This document shows positions 24,128 to 33,307 of a stretch of 64,000 bases of DNA, one piece after another. The position numbers and the translations under genes are program-made. The notes beneath the pieces were generated by a model. That model was given only the letters and a program-made list of their open reading frames with translations. It searched no databases and was not told the origin of the DNA. This stretch comes from Chthoniobacter flavus (GTDB lineage Bacteria; Verrucomicrobiota; Verrucomicrobiia; Chthoniobacterales; Terrimicrobiaceae): positions 44,700 through 108,699 of the forward strand of contig CAMASH010000001.1 in NCBI GenBank assembly GCA_945860745.1, written 5' to 3'. Positions within the stretch are counted from its first letter, which is position 1; each line of letters begins with the position of its first letter.

Positions 24128-25191
24128 GGCGGGATTACCGATGTTGGGACGGATGTCTGCAAGAGTGTTTTTTCCCACACCTCGGCGGAGAGCCGGCCGC
24201 AATCGAATTCGCAACGGTGGCGAAGAATGAAACCGTTGCGCTCAAGGAACGGATCGGGAGGAGTGAGTGCTGCTGCAGGCCGCCGTGTGGCCAGGCGGAA
24301 AAAGCGATACATGAGCCAATGAATGATCCGGGCGCGGATGTGGCGAAGGCTTCCGGGTGGAGGAATCTGAAAGTCGGCCACCAACCAAACGGCTCCCGGC
24401 CTGGCGGCCCGGGCAAGCCGCGCAATCAATTCGCCCAATTGTTCCGCCGTGAAGCAATCGAGGAAGAAATTCGTGATGATGAGATCAAATGCGGCTGCAG
24501 GCGGATTCCAGTCCAGAAGATCGTGGTGCAGGAAGGTGACACGATCCGCCGGAAGACCCGAACGGCGCAGGCGGGTGCGGGCGACGTCGAGCATTCCGGC
24601 GCGGGAGTCCACGCAGGTGATTCGGGTGGCGGGTTGGCTCTTCCGCAATTCGACAAGGAAGCGGCCGTGGCCTTCGCCGGCGAGCAGGGCGTTTTCGCAC
24701 GGGGGAAGTTTGTCGAGGTGGGCGATGCGGCCGCGCTGGAGTTTTTCTCCGGCCAGAACGGCCTCCATCCCATGGTAATGAGGGGCCAGGAGGTCGCAGC
24801 CCGTCCGACAGAGCCTCGCGCGATTCCACCACAAACCCGCGAGAAGCGCCCCGACCGCGTAGGCGGCGATGTCGCGCCAGTCGCCCACCGCCCGCGGGAG
24901 AAAAAGCGGGCCGATGCCCTCGCAGACAATGGACCAGACCAGCCAGTGGGTCAGGATTTCTCCCGGAGTGGGAGGCCGATGGTGAACGCGCCAGCCGAGT
25001 CGGCGTTGCAGCCAGAGGACGGGCGGGAGGGCGGCGGGAATCAGCAGCAAATCATTAAAAGTTCCGTGCAGAAAAGCGGAAGTGGAAGCGGGCTCAAGGA
25101 TTGCGCGGTTGAGGACGTAAGCCAGGCAAGCCAGCAGACAAAGTGGATCGAGGAGGTAGCGGAAGGACTTTGCGCGGGAGGAAATCCTCAT
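24124..25191 (-). CDS. Membrane-domain / class-I SAM-dependent methyltransferase fusion protein
   Basis: The N-terminal ~130 aa is hydrophobic with several predicted TM helices. The C-terminal half carries a methyltransferase fold motif (…ALLAGEGHGRFL…VDSRAGML…FDLIITNFFLDCF…). Start chosen at MRISSRAK (25191). Confidence 0.65.
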   Translation of the reverse strand: MRISSRAKSFRYLLDPLCLLACLAYVLNRAILEPASTSAFLHGTFNDLLLIPAALPPVLWLQRRLGWRVHHRPPTPGEILTHWLVWSIVCEGIGPLFLPRAVGDWRDIAAYAVGALLAGLWWNRARLCRTGCDLLAPHYHGMEAVLAGEKLQRGRIAHLDKLPPCENALLAGEGHGRFLVELRKSQPATRITCVDSRAGMLDVARTRLRRSGLPADRVTFLHHDLLDWNPPAAAFDLIITNFFLDCFTAEQLGELIARLARAARPGAVWLVADFQIPPPGSLRHIRARIIHWLMYRFFRLATRRPAAALTPPDPFLERNGFILRHRCEFDCGRLSAEVWEKTLLQTSVPTSVIPP

Positions 25192-25370
25192 TCGCACAAT
25201 GAAGTAGGCAAGGCAGCAATCCGCGTCAACTTCCCGGCCCGATCCGGTCGGTCTGTCCACGGGTGATCCGGGATTCCGGAGCGGACTGCGGTTGGATGAT
25301 CCGACCGAGTTGAAGGAGCGGGAAAAAATCTCTGGATTCCCTGAGCCAATCCCCCTCACGATGCCGCCGC

Positions 25371-26384
25371 ATGGCAAATACGAGTGAGTCCCTCCCGGCG
25401 GCTATCCTGATCGGCGATCCCCTTGCGCTTGAACAGGCCTATGCGCATGACTTGCGCACGGAGCTTTCGGCCAGGGTGCAACTTCTTGAGCCGCATCTGA
25501 CAGGAAAAAACTGGCGGGAGCATGCCGGCCTTCTGGCCCGGGCGGATGTCGCCCTTGCGACGTGGGGAGTGCCGTGCCTGGATGCGGAGTTCCTCTCCCT
25601 TGCTCCGAAACTCCGCGCGGTTTTCTACGCAGCCGGGAGTGTGAAGAGTTTCGTCACGCCCGAGCTTTTTGCCCGGGGGATCACGGTGTCCAACGCCAAC
25701 AAGGCGAACGCCATTCCTGTCGCGGAGTATGCCGTTTCCGCCATTATCCTCAGTCTGAAAAAATTCTGGCCCAACGTGCGCCGCACCCGCCGGATGCGGG
25801 TTTGGGATCACCATTTGCCGGGCCCCGGGGCCTATCGTTCCGTGGTGGGTCTGGTTTCCCTCGGGGCCGTTGGCCGGCTCACGGCGGAAAAACTGTCCGG
25901 CTACGAACTTGAGGTTCTGGCTTATGATCCCTTTGCGACGGACGAACAAGCCAAGGCCCTCGGTGTCCGGCTGGTTTCGCTGGAGGAGATTTTCCGGCAT
26001 TCGGATGTGGTGAGCCTGCATGCGCCCTGGCTGCCCGAGACGGAGAACCTGGTGCATGGCGGGTTGCTGCGTCTGATGAAACCGGGAGCCACCTTGCTGA
26101 ATACCGCGCGGGGTGCGGTGGTGCAGGAGGAGGACTTGTGCGCGGTGCTGCGGGAGCGGGCCGATTTGACCGCGGTGCTGGATGTCACGCACCCGGAGCC
26201 GCCGCGGGCGGACTCGCCGCTTTTCGAACTCGAGAATGTCATCCTGACACCCCACATCTCGGGCAGCATGGCCGGGGAGATCGGCCGCATGGGCCGTTGG
26301 ATGGCCGAGGAATTGGGGCGTCACCTCACCGGCGGACCGCTCCAGCACGCCATCACCGCGGAGATGCTGGCAACAGCCGCTTGA
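25371..26384 (+). CDS. D-isomer-specific 2-hydroxyacid dehydrogenase family protein
   Basis: …VGLVSLGAVGRLTAEKL… (NAD-binding GxGxxG), …LLNTARGAVV…, …VILTPHISG…. Confidence 0.85.
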   Translation: MANTSESLPAAILIGDPLALEQAYAHDLRTELSARVQLLEPHLTGKNWREHAGLLARADVALATWGVPCLDAEFLSLAPKLRAVFYAAGSVKSFVTPELFARGITVSNANKANAIPVAEYAVSAIILSLKKFWPNVRRTRRMRVWDHHLPGPGAYRSVVGLVSLGAVGRLTAEKLSGYELEVLAYDPFATDEQAKALGVRLVSLEEIFRHSDVVSLHAPWLPETENLVHGGLLRLMKPGATLLNTARGAVVQEEDLCAVLRERADLTAVLDVTHPEPPRADSPLFELENVILTPHISGSMAGEIGRMGRWMAEELGRHLTGGPLQHAITAEMLATAA

Positions 26385-27167
26385 TTGGCAATGAGAGCGG
26401 GATTGCTTTCGGTGACATATCGCAAACTTCCGGCGGAGGTTGTGATTGAGAACGCGGCGGCCTGCGGGCTGGCCTGCCTGGAGTGGGGAGGGGATGTGCA
26501 TGTGCCGCCCGGCAAGATGGATGTGGCGCGTGACGTCGCGCGGTGGACGAGGGATGCCGACCTGGCGGTTTCCGCCTATGGGTCATATTATGTTCTCGGG
26601 GAGAGTGAGGCTGCGGGTTTGTCCTTTGCCAGCGTGCTGGAAACCGCCTTGGCCCTAGGTGCACCGGTGATCCGGGTTTGGGCGGGAAAGAAAGGTTCGA
26701 CGGATGCGGATGATGCCTGGCGGGAAATTGTCGCGGCGGATGCTTGGCGGGTGGCGGAACTGTGCCAGCGGGAGGGTATTTCCATCGCCTATGAATTTCA
26801 CGGCGGCACCTTGACGGATACGGCCGCTTCCGCGCGGGACCTGCTCGATGCGACGGACCATCCCGCCATTTTCACCCTCTGGCAGCCGCCCACCGGTCTC
26901 GGCGAGGAGGAATGTCTGGCGGGGCTGGCCGCGGTGGTGGGACGATTGTCGCATGTGCACGCTTTTCACTGGTGGCCGGACGCCACTCACCGCCTGCCCT
27001 TGGCCGAAGGCGCAGCGCGATGGAGAAGGTATCTTTCGCTGATAAGAAAATCCGGGAAGGACCCCGACGTGCTGCTGGAGTTTGTGCCCGGCGACGACCC
27101 GGAGGTTTTGGCCCGCGAGGCCGGAAGTTTGCGCGGTTTGCTTGAGAATCCGGATCCGGTTGAGTAA
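26385..27167 (+). CDS. Sugar phosphate isomerase/epimerase (xylose isomerase-like TIM barrel)
   Basis: 260 aa with a …CLEWGG…IRVWAG…IAYEFHGGTL…LLEF… pattern typical of the AP-endonuclease-2/xylose-isomerase-like TIM barrel family. Confidence 0.75.
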   Translation: MAMRAGLLSVTYRKLPAEVVIENAAACGLACLEWGGDVHVPPGKMDVARDVARWTRDADLAVSAYGSYYVLGESEAAGLSFASVLETALALGAPVIRVWAGKKGSTDADDAWREIVAADAWRVAELCQREGISIAYEFHGGTLTDTAASARDLLDATDHPAIFTLWQPPTGLGEEECLAGLAAVVGRLSHVHAFHWWPDATHRLPLAEGAARWRRYLSLIRKSGKDPDVLLEFVPGDDPEVLAREAGSLRGLLENPDPVE

Positions 27168-27189
27168 CCACTTGGCAGGGAGAAAATCG

Positions 27190-28230
27190 ATGGCCGGGCA
27201 AGAATCATTCCGAATCCGCAACAAGCTGCTGTTCAGCGTGGCGATTTTTTTCGGGGTCTGCCTGATCGGAGTGCTCGGGTATTACGTCCTGTTCGGCTGG
27301 GGTCTGATGAATGCCATTTACATGGTGGTGATCACCATCTTCGGCGTGGGCTATGGAGAAACCGAGCCGGTGGATCAAACCGCCGAGCGCATTTTCACCA
27401 TCCTTTTTATTCTGGGGGGAAATATTGCCGCCGTTTACGTGGTCGGTCAGGTGGTGAGCATGATGACGGAAGGAGAGATTGCCAAGGCCCTCGGGGATAT
27501 GCGAGAAAGCCGCCGGGTGGAAGGGATCAGTCATCACACAATCATCTGCGGCTACGGCCGCATCGGGCAGACTCTTGCCCAGGAACTGGCGCAATCCGGC
27601 AGTCCCTTTGTCATCGTTGATCTGGACAAAGATCGCATCGCGCAGGCTCATGCCCTTGGGTATCTGGTGATCGAAGGGAGCGCGACGGAGGAGGAGACGT
27701 TGATCAAGGCCGGCATCTACCGGGCGGATTTCCTCACGACGGTGCTGCCGCAGGATACCCTGAATGTTTTTATCACCCTCACCGCCCGCAATCTCAACAA
27801 GAACGTCCGCATTATCGCCCGCGGGGAACAGCCAAGCACGGAGAAAAAGCTGCGCCAGGCGGGTGCGACCGAGGTCATTCTTCCCGCGTCAATTGGCGGC
27901 CTGCGCATTGCCCATACGATTACCAAACCGGCTCTGACGGACTTTGTCGGGGGTGTGGGCGGAACGGATTTTCATCATTTGGGATTGGAGATTCATGAAC
28001 TGGCGGCGACTTCCAAAGGTCACCTCGTGGGCTGGAATGTGGGCGAGATCCAACGCCAGGCGGGAGGGAATCTGATGATCCTCGCGATCCGCCGTGCCAG
28101 TGGGGAAATGATTCGTGAGCAACTCGATAAAGTCGCGGTCGAGGCCGGTGACTCCCTCATCGTGCTGGGACGCAAGGAGGGGTTGCCGGAGTTTTTGAAG
28201 ACCGGCGTCACCGATACGGAATTGATCTGA
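27190..28230 (+). CDS. Potassium channel with C-terminal RCK/TrkA-N domain
   Basis: Two TM helices flank the selectivity filter TIFGVGYGE, followed by IICGYGRIGQTLAQEL (Rossmann-type RCK). Start at MAGQESF (27190). Confidence 0.85.
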   Translation: MAGQESFRIRNKLLFSVAIFFGVCLIGVLGYYVLFGWGLMNAIYMVVITIFGVGYGETEPVDQTAERIFTILFILGGNIAAVYVVGQVVSMMTEGEIAKALGDMRESRRVEGISHHTIICGYGRIGQTLAQELAQSGSPFVIVDLDKDRIAQAHALGYLVIEGSATEEETLIKAGIYRADFLTTVLPQDTLNVFITLTARNLNKNVRIIARGEQPSTEKKLRQAGATEVILPASIGGLRIAHTITKPALTDFVGGVGGTDFHHLGLEIHELAATSKGHLVGWNVGEIQRQAGGNLMILAIRRASGEMIREQLDKVAVEAGDSLIVLGRKEGLPEFLKTGVTDTELI

Positions 28231-28238
28231 TTGCCGGG

Positions 28239-29339
28239 TCAGCGCCGATTCAGGATGAACCGGGCGATGACGTCCGACGCCTCAGGACGACTGAGAGCAA
28301 GGGTGGCTTCATGCCAGGATCGCCATTCTGTGGCGTCATGGGCAAATGCTCCGGCCACGGCATCGGCGATGTCCGGGGCCGTGGTCGCCAGGGCTCCGGC
28401 TCCGCGTTGCAGCATGAGCCGCGCATTGCCTTCTTCCTGACCGGGGACAATTTGCGTGATGATCATCGGGGTTTTGGCTGCGAGCGTTTCTTGCACAGTG
28501 GCTCCGCCGGCTTTGCTGATGAGGAGATGATGTTCGGCCATGAGTCGCGGCATCTCAGACGTCCAGCCGTAGACCGCCGGGTTCTTTCCAACCTCACCAG
28601 CGACGCGGGCGATCCGATCGGCCAGGTCCTGATCGCGTCCCACCGTGACCGACAGCGCCACGTTTTCCAGTTTCAGCAAATGCCGCACGATATCGGGCGC
28701 AAGCCGGCGGCCGGAGTTGATGACGTAGAGAACACGCCACAAACCGTCCGCGGGAGGCACGGGCCGGTGGACAGACTGCACCGCGAAAATGCGGGGCACG
28801 GGGAAACCGAGGACGTGGATCTTCCGCGGAGCCACCCCAGCGTCCCGCATGACGGCGGCGGTGGGCTCATTGGCCACGATAAAATCATGGCTGTGGGCGC
28901 GATGCCAGACCGTGTTGACCGTGATGGAATCGGTGATGATGGTGACCGTGCGAAACGGACGTTTGAGCCTGTTGCGATACAACCAATCGAGCAGGTGATT
29001 GCAACCAGGGTAGGTCGAAACAATGACTTCCGGCTGCCATTCCGAAATCAATTCCTGCAAGCGCCGCGCCGCGCCCCCGTAGAGACCCATGTGGAGTTCC
29101 ACCAAGCGGGTGCGATCCATCAGTTCGAAGACGGCCTGCCAGAGCACGGGGGTGTGATTGATGGCGGCCACGTATCCGCGTTGGATCAGCCGGTTGAATT
29201 CGCCATAGGCTTCGAGAAAGGGATCACTGATGACGACCTTCGTGTCGGGTGAAGCCGCGAGAAGGGCCTCCTTGAGATTGCGCGCGGCGGCGTTGTGGCC
29301 CTCGCCGAATCCTGCGGTGAGGAGGAGGACCGATTTCAC
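28239..29339 (-). CDS. MGDG-synthase-like (GT28) glycosyltransferase
   Basis: N-terminus MKSVLLLTAGFGEGHNAAARNLKEAL… is typical of diacylglycerol glycosyltransferases of the MGDG synthase family, with a C-terminal GT-B half (…SKAGGATVQE…). Confidence 0.75.
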   Translation of the reverse strand: MKSVLLLTAGFGEGHNAAARNLKEALLAASPDTKVVISDPFLEAYGEFNRLIQRGYVAAINHTPVLWQAVFELMDRTRLVELHMGLYGGAARRLQELISEWQPEVIVSTYPGCNHLLDWLYRNRLKRPFRTVTIITDSITVNTVWHRAHSHDFIVANEPTAAVMRDAGVAPRKIHVLGFPVPRIFAVQSVHRPVPPADGLWRVLYVINSGRRLAPDIVRHLLKLENVALSVTVGRDQDLADRIARVAGEVGKNPAVYGWTSEMPRLMAEHHLLISKAGGATVQETLAAKTPMIITQIVPGQEEGNARLMLQRGAGALATTAPDIADAVAGAFAHDATEWRSWHEATLALSRPEASDVIARFILNRR

Positions 29340-30406
29340 AGCCAGTGTTTGCGTTTGAAAAACGTGATCATGCCGAATGCCACGGTGGCCATGAGGGTGA
29401 GGCAGGCCACATAGCCGTAGGGCCAGTCGAGCTCCGGCATATTCCAGGGATGATCGGGGTTGAAATTCATCCCGTAAACCCCCGCGATGAAAGTGAGCGG
29501 AATAAAGATAGCCGAGATCACGGTGAGGACGCGCATGATTTCATTGGTGCGCAGGCCGAGGCTGGAAAGATAGACGTCCATCAAGCCCGCCGCGAGGTCG
29601 CGGAAACTTTCCAGAATGTCGATGATCTGGGTGCTGTGATCGTAGCAATCCCGGAGGAAGACCTGGGTTTCCTTGCTGATCAGACCGGTGTCGTCCCGGA
29701 TCAAGGTGTTGAAAATCTCGCGCTGGGGCCAGGCCGCGCGGCGCAGCTGCAGCAGGAGCCGTTTGCCTTGATAGAGACTTTTCAGCGTGTCCTTGGTCGG
29801 CTTGCTTAGCAACTCGTCTTCAATCTCCTCAATGCTCTCACCCACCGTCTCAAGGATCGGGAAAAACTGATCCACCGTCGAATCAAGCAAGGCGTAGGTC
29901 AGGTAGTCCGCCTTCATTTTCCGGGCGTAGCCGCGTCCGGCCCGCAAGCGCGCACGGACCTGCTCGAAGACATCGTGTTTGGACTCTTCCTGCAGGGTCA
30001 CGACGTAACAATCCCCGAGAAAAAGACTGAGTTGCTCCACTGCGATGCGGGATTGCTCGTCCCGGTAAATCATCTCGCTGACGATGAAGTAGTGGTCTTC
30101 GTAGTGTTCGACCTTCGGGCGTTGGGAGGTGTTGAGCACATCCTCAAGGGCGAGGGGATGGATATGAAACTGCTCGCTGAGCTTCCGAAGGAGCGCGATA
30201 TCGTTGAGGCCGTCGATGTTGATCCAGTTGATTTTTGTGGAATCGAACCTCGTCATCAATTCCTCGAAGCTGTCGAATTGTCCTTCAAAGATCGTCTCGC
30301 GGTCGTATTGGATGAGCGTGATCCTGGGAGGCCCGGTATGATCCGAGGGCGGCGGTACGAGCGTCGCGGGAGGCGTTCCCGGCGCATGGTACTTAATCCG
30401 GATCAT
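29336..30406 (-). CDS. corA: Magnesium/cobalt transporter CorA
   Basis: 356 aa with the diagnostic YGMNF motif before the last TM helix. Overlaps the downstream gene by 4 bp. Confidence 0.9.
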   Translation of the reverse strand: MIRIKYHAPGTPPATLVPPPSDHTGPPRITLIQYDRETIFEGQFDSFEELMTRFDSTKINWINIDGLNDIALLRKLSEQFHIHPLALEDVLNTSQRPKVEHYEDHYFIVSEMIYRDEQSRIAVEQLSLFLGDCYVVTLQEESKHDVFEQVRARLRAGRGYARKMKADYLTYALLDSTVDQFFPILETVGESIEEIEDELLSKPTKDTLKSLYQGKRLLLQLRRAAWPQREIFNTLIRDDTGLISKETQVFLRDCYDHSTQIIDILESFRDLAAGLMDVYLSSLGLRTNEIMRVLTVISAIFIPLTFIAGVYGMNFNPDHPWNMPELDWPYGYVACLTLMATVAFGMITFFKRKHWL

Positions 30407-30412
30407 TTGCGC

Positions 30413-31330
30413 CTAGCTCGCCCTTTCCCGCGGCTGCTGGCAACTGAAAAAGTGGTCAAACCCCTGCGGCAGCGCTGTGGCGGAAATGCCCGGTTCGCGG
30501 AGAGTGCCGATTTCCGTCAGGCGGAGGCGGGGAAAAGTCTCCTTCCAACCCCGCCGCAGACGATCGGCCAGACGCGGGGGCACGGCGATGAGCAATTCGT
30601 AGTCCTCGCCGTCGGACATCGCCTCGTTCGCGTTGCATCCGCGGGTGCGCGGCAGGAGATCGGGATCAAGTTCGAATCCGCATCCGCTCGCCGTGGCGAG
30701 ACGCGGCAGATCGGAAGCCAGGCCATCGCTCAAATCCATCATGGCGTGGGCATAGCCGTGGGCGCTGAGCCAGCGGCCTTCGGCCACGCGGGGAACAAAA
30801 TCGAGATGCTTGCCCTGGATCGAGCCGCCCAGCGTCCCGGTGACAAAAAGCAGATCCCCCGGTTTTCCCGCCGCCCGGGTGATGAGGCGTCCGGCTTCGA
30901 CCCGTCCGACGAGCGTCACGGAGACGGCGGCACAGGGAGCGCGGGAAGTCTCGCCGCCCACGATGCCAATGCCGAAGCGCTTGGCGGCTTTGCTGAGTCC
31001 TTTATAGAATCCTTTCCAATAGGAAACGCTTCTGTCCACCGGGGAAAAAATCGTCACCAGGGCATGGAGCGGTTCACCGCCCATGGCGGCGACATCACTC
31101 ACGGCGCGGCAGAGGGCTTTCCAGCCGACGCGGACGGGGTCGTGCTCCGGCAGATAGTGGATTCCCTCGACTACGCAATCGGCCTTCAAAAGCAGGAACT
31201 CCCGCGAACCCTGGGCCGCCTGCACCACCGCACAATCGTCACCCGGACCAGTGACAACATTTCTGCCCTCCGGCAAACCCGTCAGCAGGATCTTCAAAAG
31301 TCTATCCTCGTTCAGATCGCGGACCTTCAT
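30413..31330 (-). CDS. thiL: Thiamine-monophosphate kinase
   Basis: …GPGDDCAVV…DCVVEGIHY…VGGETS… matches the AIR-synthase-related ThiL pattern. Confidence 0.85.
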   Translation of the reverse strand: MKVRDLNEDRLLKILLTGLPEGRNVVTGPGDDCAVVQAAQGSREFLLLKADCVVEGIHYLPEHDPVRVGWKALCRAVSDVAAMGGEPLHALVTIFSPVDRSVSYWKGFYKGLSKAAKRFGIGIVGGETSRAPCAAVSVTLVGRVEAGRLITRAAGKPGDLLFVTGTLGGSIQGKHLDFVPRVAEGRWLSAHGYAHAMMDLSDGLASDLPRLATASGCGFELDPDLLPRTRGCNANEAMSDGEDYELLIAVPPRLADRLRRGWKETFPRLRLTEIGTLREPGISATALPQGFDHFFSCQQPRERAS

Positions 31331-32103
31331 TTCATCAATCCGGGCCAGAGGAGGGTCGCCACAATGGTCAGGGAATTGAACAACGCATGCATGAGGATGG
31401 GAGCCCAGAGGGATGCCGTGAATTCATAGACCAGGGTGAGCGCCACCGCCAGCACAAGGAGTCCGCCGAGCGAGGGGAGATGGGCATGAATGACGGCAAA
31501 AATTACCGCGCTGAGGGCCAGCGCCCACCAGCGGCCGGCGTACTTCCGCGCCGTGCCATAGATGTATCCGCGAAAAATCACCTCCTCGGCCACGGGCGCA
31601 ACGATGAGCGCGGTGAAGGCCAGCAAGAGCCGGTTGCTCAATTCGGGACTGTCACTCAAGAATTGCAAAAGCGGCTGCGGAGAGGCTTCCCCACCCAGCA
31701 GGCGGAAACTGAGGGCGTGAATGAAAAAAATCGCGGGCAGGGCGATGAGCAAAGCGGGGAGGAAGGCCGGCAGACTGCGCCGCCACCCGGCGGCATTCAG
31801 GCCGAAGAGGGTCAGGGGATTGAGGGAGCGGAGAATGAGAAAGGAAAACAAACAGGTGATGAGGAGGAAGGAGAAGATGGCGTTGAGGATCAGAACCTGG
31901 ACCGTCACCACGATTTCCCGGCTGCCGGATCCCACCACGTTCAGGATAAACCAAAGCGCCAGGATCGACGCAAAGATCACGTCGGAAACCTTGTAGGCGT
32001 CGAGGGGAATGGCCGTTCCTGCCGCGTTTCCCGCGCGTGCCGCCAGACGGCGGAAATACGCCACGCTGCCCAGGCTGAGGACGCCGGAAAGAAACAATTC
32101 CAC
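31327..32103 (-). CDS. CPBP-family intramembrane glutamic endopeptidase (CAAX protease-like)
   Basis: Polytopic membrane protein with the EEVIFRGYIY and FAVIHA motifs. Confidence 0.8.
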   Translation of the reverse strand: MELFLSGVLSLGSVAYFRRLAARAGNAAGTAIPLDAYKVSDVIFASILALWFILNVVGSGSREIVVTVQVLILNAIFSFLLITCLFSFLILRSLNPLTLFGLNAAGWRRSLPAFLPALLIALPAIFFIHALSFRLLGGEASPQPLLQFLSDSPELSNRLLLAFTALIVAPVAEEVIFRGYIYGTARKYAGRWWALALSAVIFAVIHAHLPSLGGLLVLAVALTLVYEFTASLWAPILMHALFNSLTIVATLLWPGLMK

Positions 32104-32110
32104 GGTGATC

Positions 32111-33151
32111 TTAGGGGGCGAAGAACGGCGGCAGGAGATAGACCCGGCCAGGCTGAAGTTTGGGCAGGCCTTCCAGCAAATCCACCGTGATCGAGGGAGA
32201 CTTGGTTGCCCCGAACAGGCGCAGGAAGTTGGCGAAGCTCACGCTGTGTTTGTAGCGGACAATCTGCGCACCGGGGGCCTTGCCCAGTTCGCGGGCCTTG
32301 GTGTAGGCGTCTTCAATATAACCCAGTTCGTTGACCAGCTTGGCCGCGAGCGCGTCGGTGCCGCTCAAGATCCTTCCGTCCGCCACACCCGTTCGCAGGC
32401 TTTGCTCATCGAGGTCGCGCGCCTTGGCCACGATGCCGACGAAACGGTCGTAGCTCTGCATCACCAACCCCTCGACATAAGCCTTCTCATCGGGCGTCAT
32501 CTCGCGGGCGCCGTTCAGCATGTCCTTGAATTTTCCGCTCTTGAAGATCAAAGACTCCAGGCCGATTTTTCCAAAGAGTTCCCGGTAGTTCAAGGTGGAG
32601 ATGATCACGCCGATGGAACCCGTGAACGTGGTGGCATTGCACATGATGTAGCTGGACCCGCAGGCCGTGTAGTAGGCCCCGGAGGCGCCGATCGAATTGA
32701 AGTAAATGATCGACGGCTTGTGCGTGGTGAATTCCTTCAGGCTGTTGTAGAGCACGTCGGAAGCCGTGATCTCGCCGCCGGGGCTGTCCACGGAAATGAT
32801 CACCGCCTTGACCTCGGGGTCCTGGCGGGCCTGCGCCAGCGCCCGCTTGAAATCCCCGACCATGTCCTCCCCGAGGCTGCCGGGCTGTCCGTTGGCAATG
32901 ACGCCCTCCAGTGGAATAATGGCGATCTTCTGGCTCGAAGTGCTGCCCTCATCAATGACGACTTCCTCAAAATCCTTCTCCCGCACGGACCGGATCGAGG
33001 AAAGGCTTCCCGTGCCCTTCATTCCCGCCAGAGCGGCGAAGAGCAGCAGGTTGACAAACATGCTGGCACAGACGGCGAGGAACAGGACGATGATGGCGCA
33101 ACCGGACTTTTTCATGGAAAGAGCAGAAAGGTAGCGTGATCGTCCGCCCAC
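32111..33151 (-). CDS. sppA: Signal peptide peptidase SppA (36K type)
   Basis: N-terminal TM helix, then …VIISVDSPGGEITASD…GASGAYY…GSIGV… typical of S49 peptidases. Confidence 0.85.
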   Translation of the reverse strand: MGGRSRYLSALSMKKSGCAIIVLFLAVCASMFVNLLLFAALAGMKGTGSLSSIRSVREKDFEEVVIDEGSTSSQKIAIIPLEGVIANGQPGSLGEDMVGDFKRALAQARQDPEVKAVIISVDSPGGEITASDVLYNSLKEFTTHKPSIIYFNSIGASGAYYTACGSSYIMCNATTFTGSIGVIISTLNYRELFGKIGLESLIFKSGKFKDMLNGAREMTPDEKAYVEGLVMQSYDRFVGIVAKARDLDEQSLRTGVADGRILSGTDALAAKLVNELGYIEDAYTKARELGKAPGAQIVRYKHSVSFANFLRLFGATKSPSITVDLLEGLPKLQPGRVYLLPPFFAP

Positions 33152-33307
33152 TCAAGCGGCGAATTGCCGTTGGGTGAGCCGGTTGCGCGAAATCTCCCCG
33201 ATGAGACCCTTTCCTCATGTGAATAACTTGGGAAGAAAGTGCGCCCTCAAGGGAAATTTGTTCACCATCAGTTTGTGAATGACTGGGGAATCCTCTATGC
33301 GAAGTCC

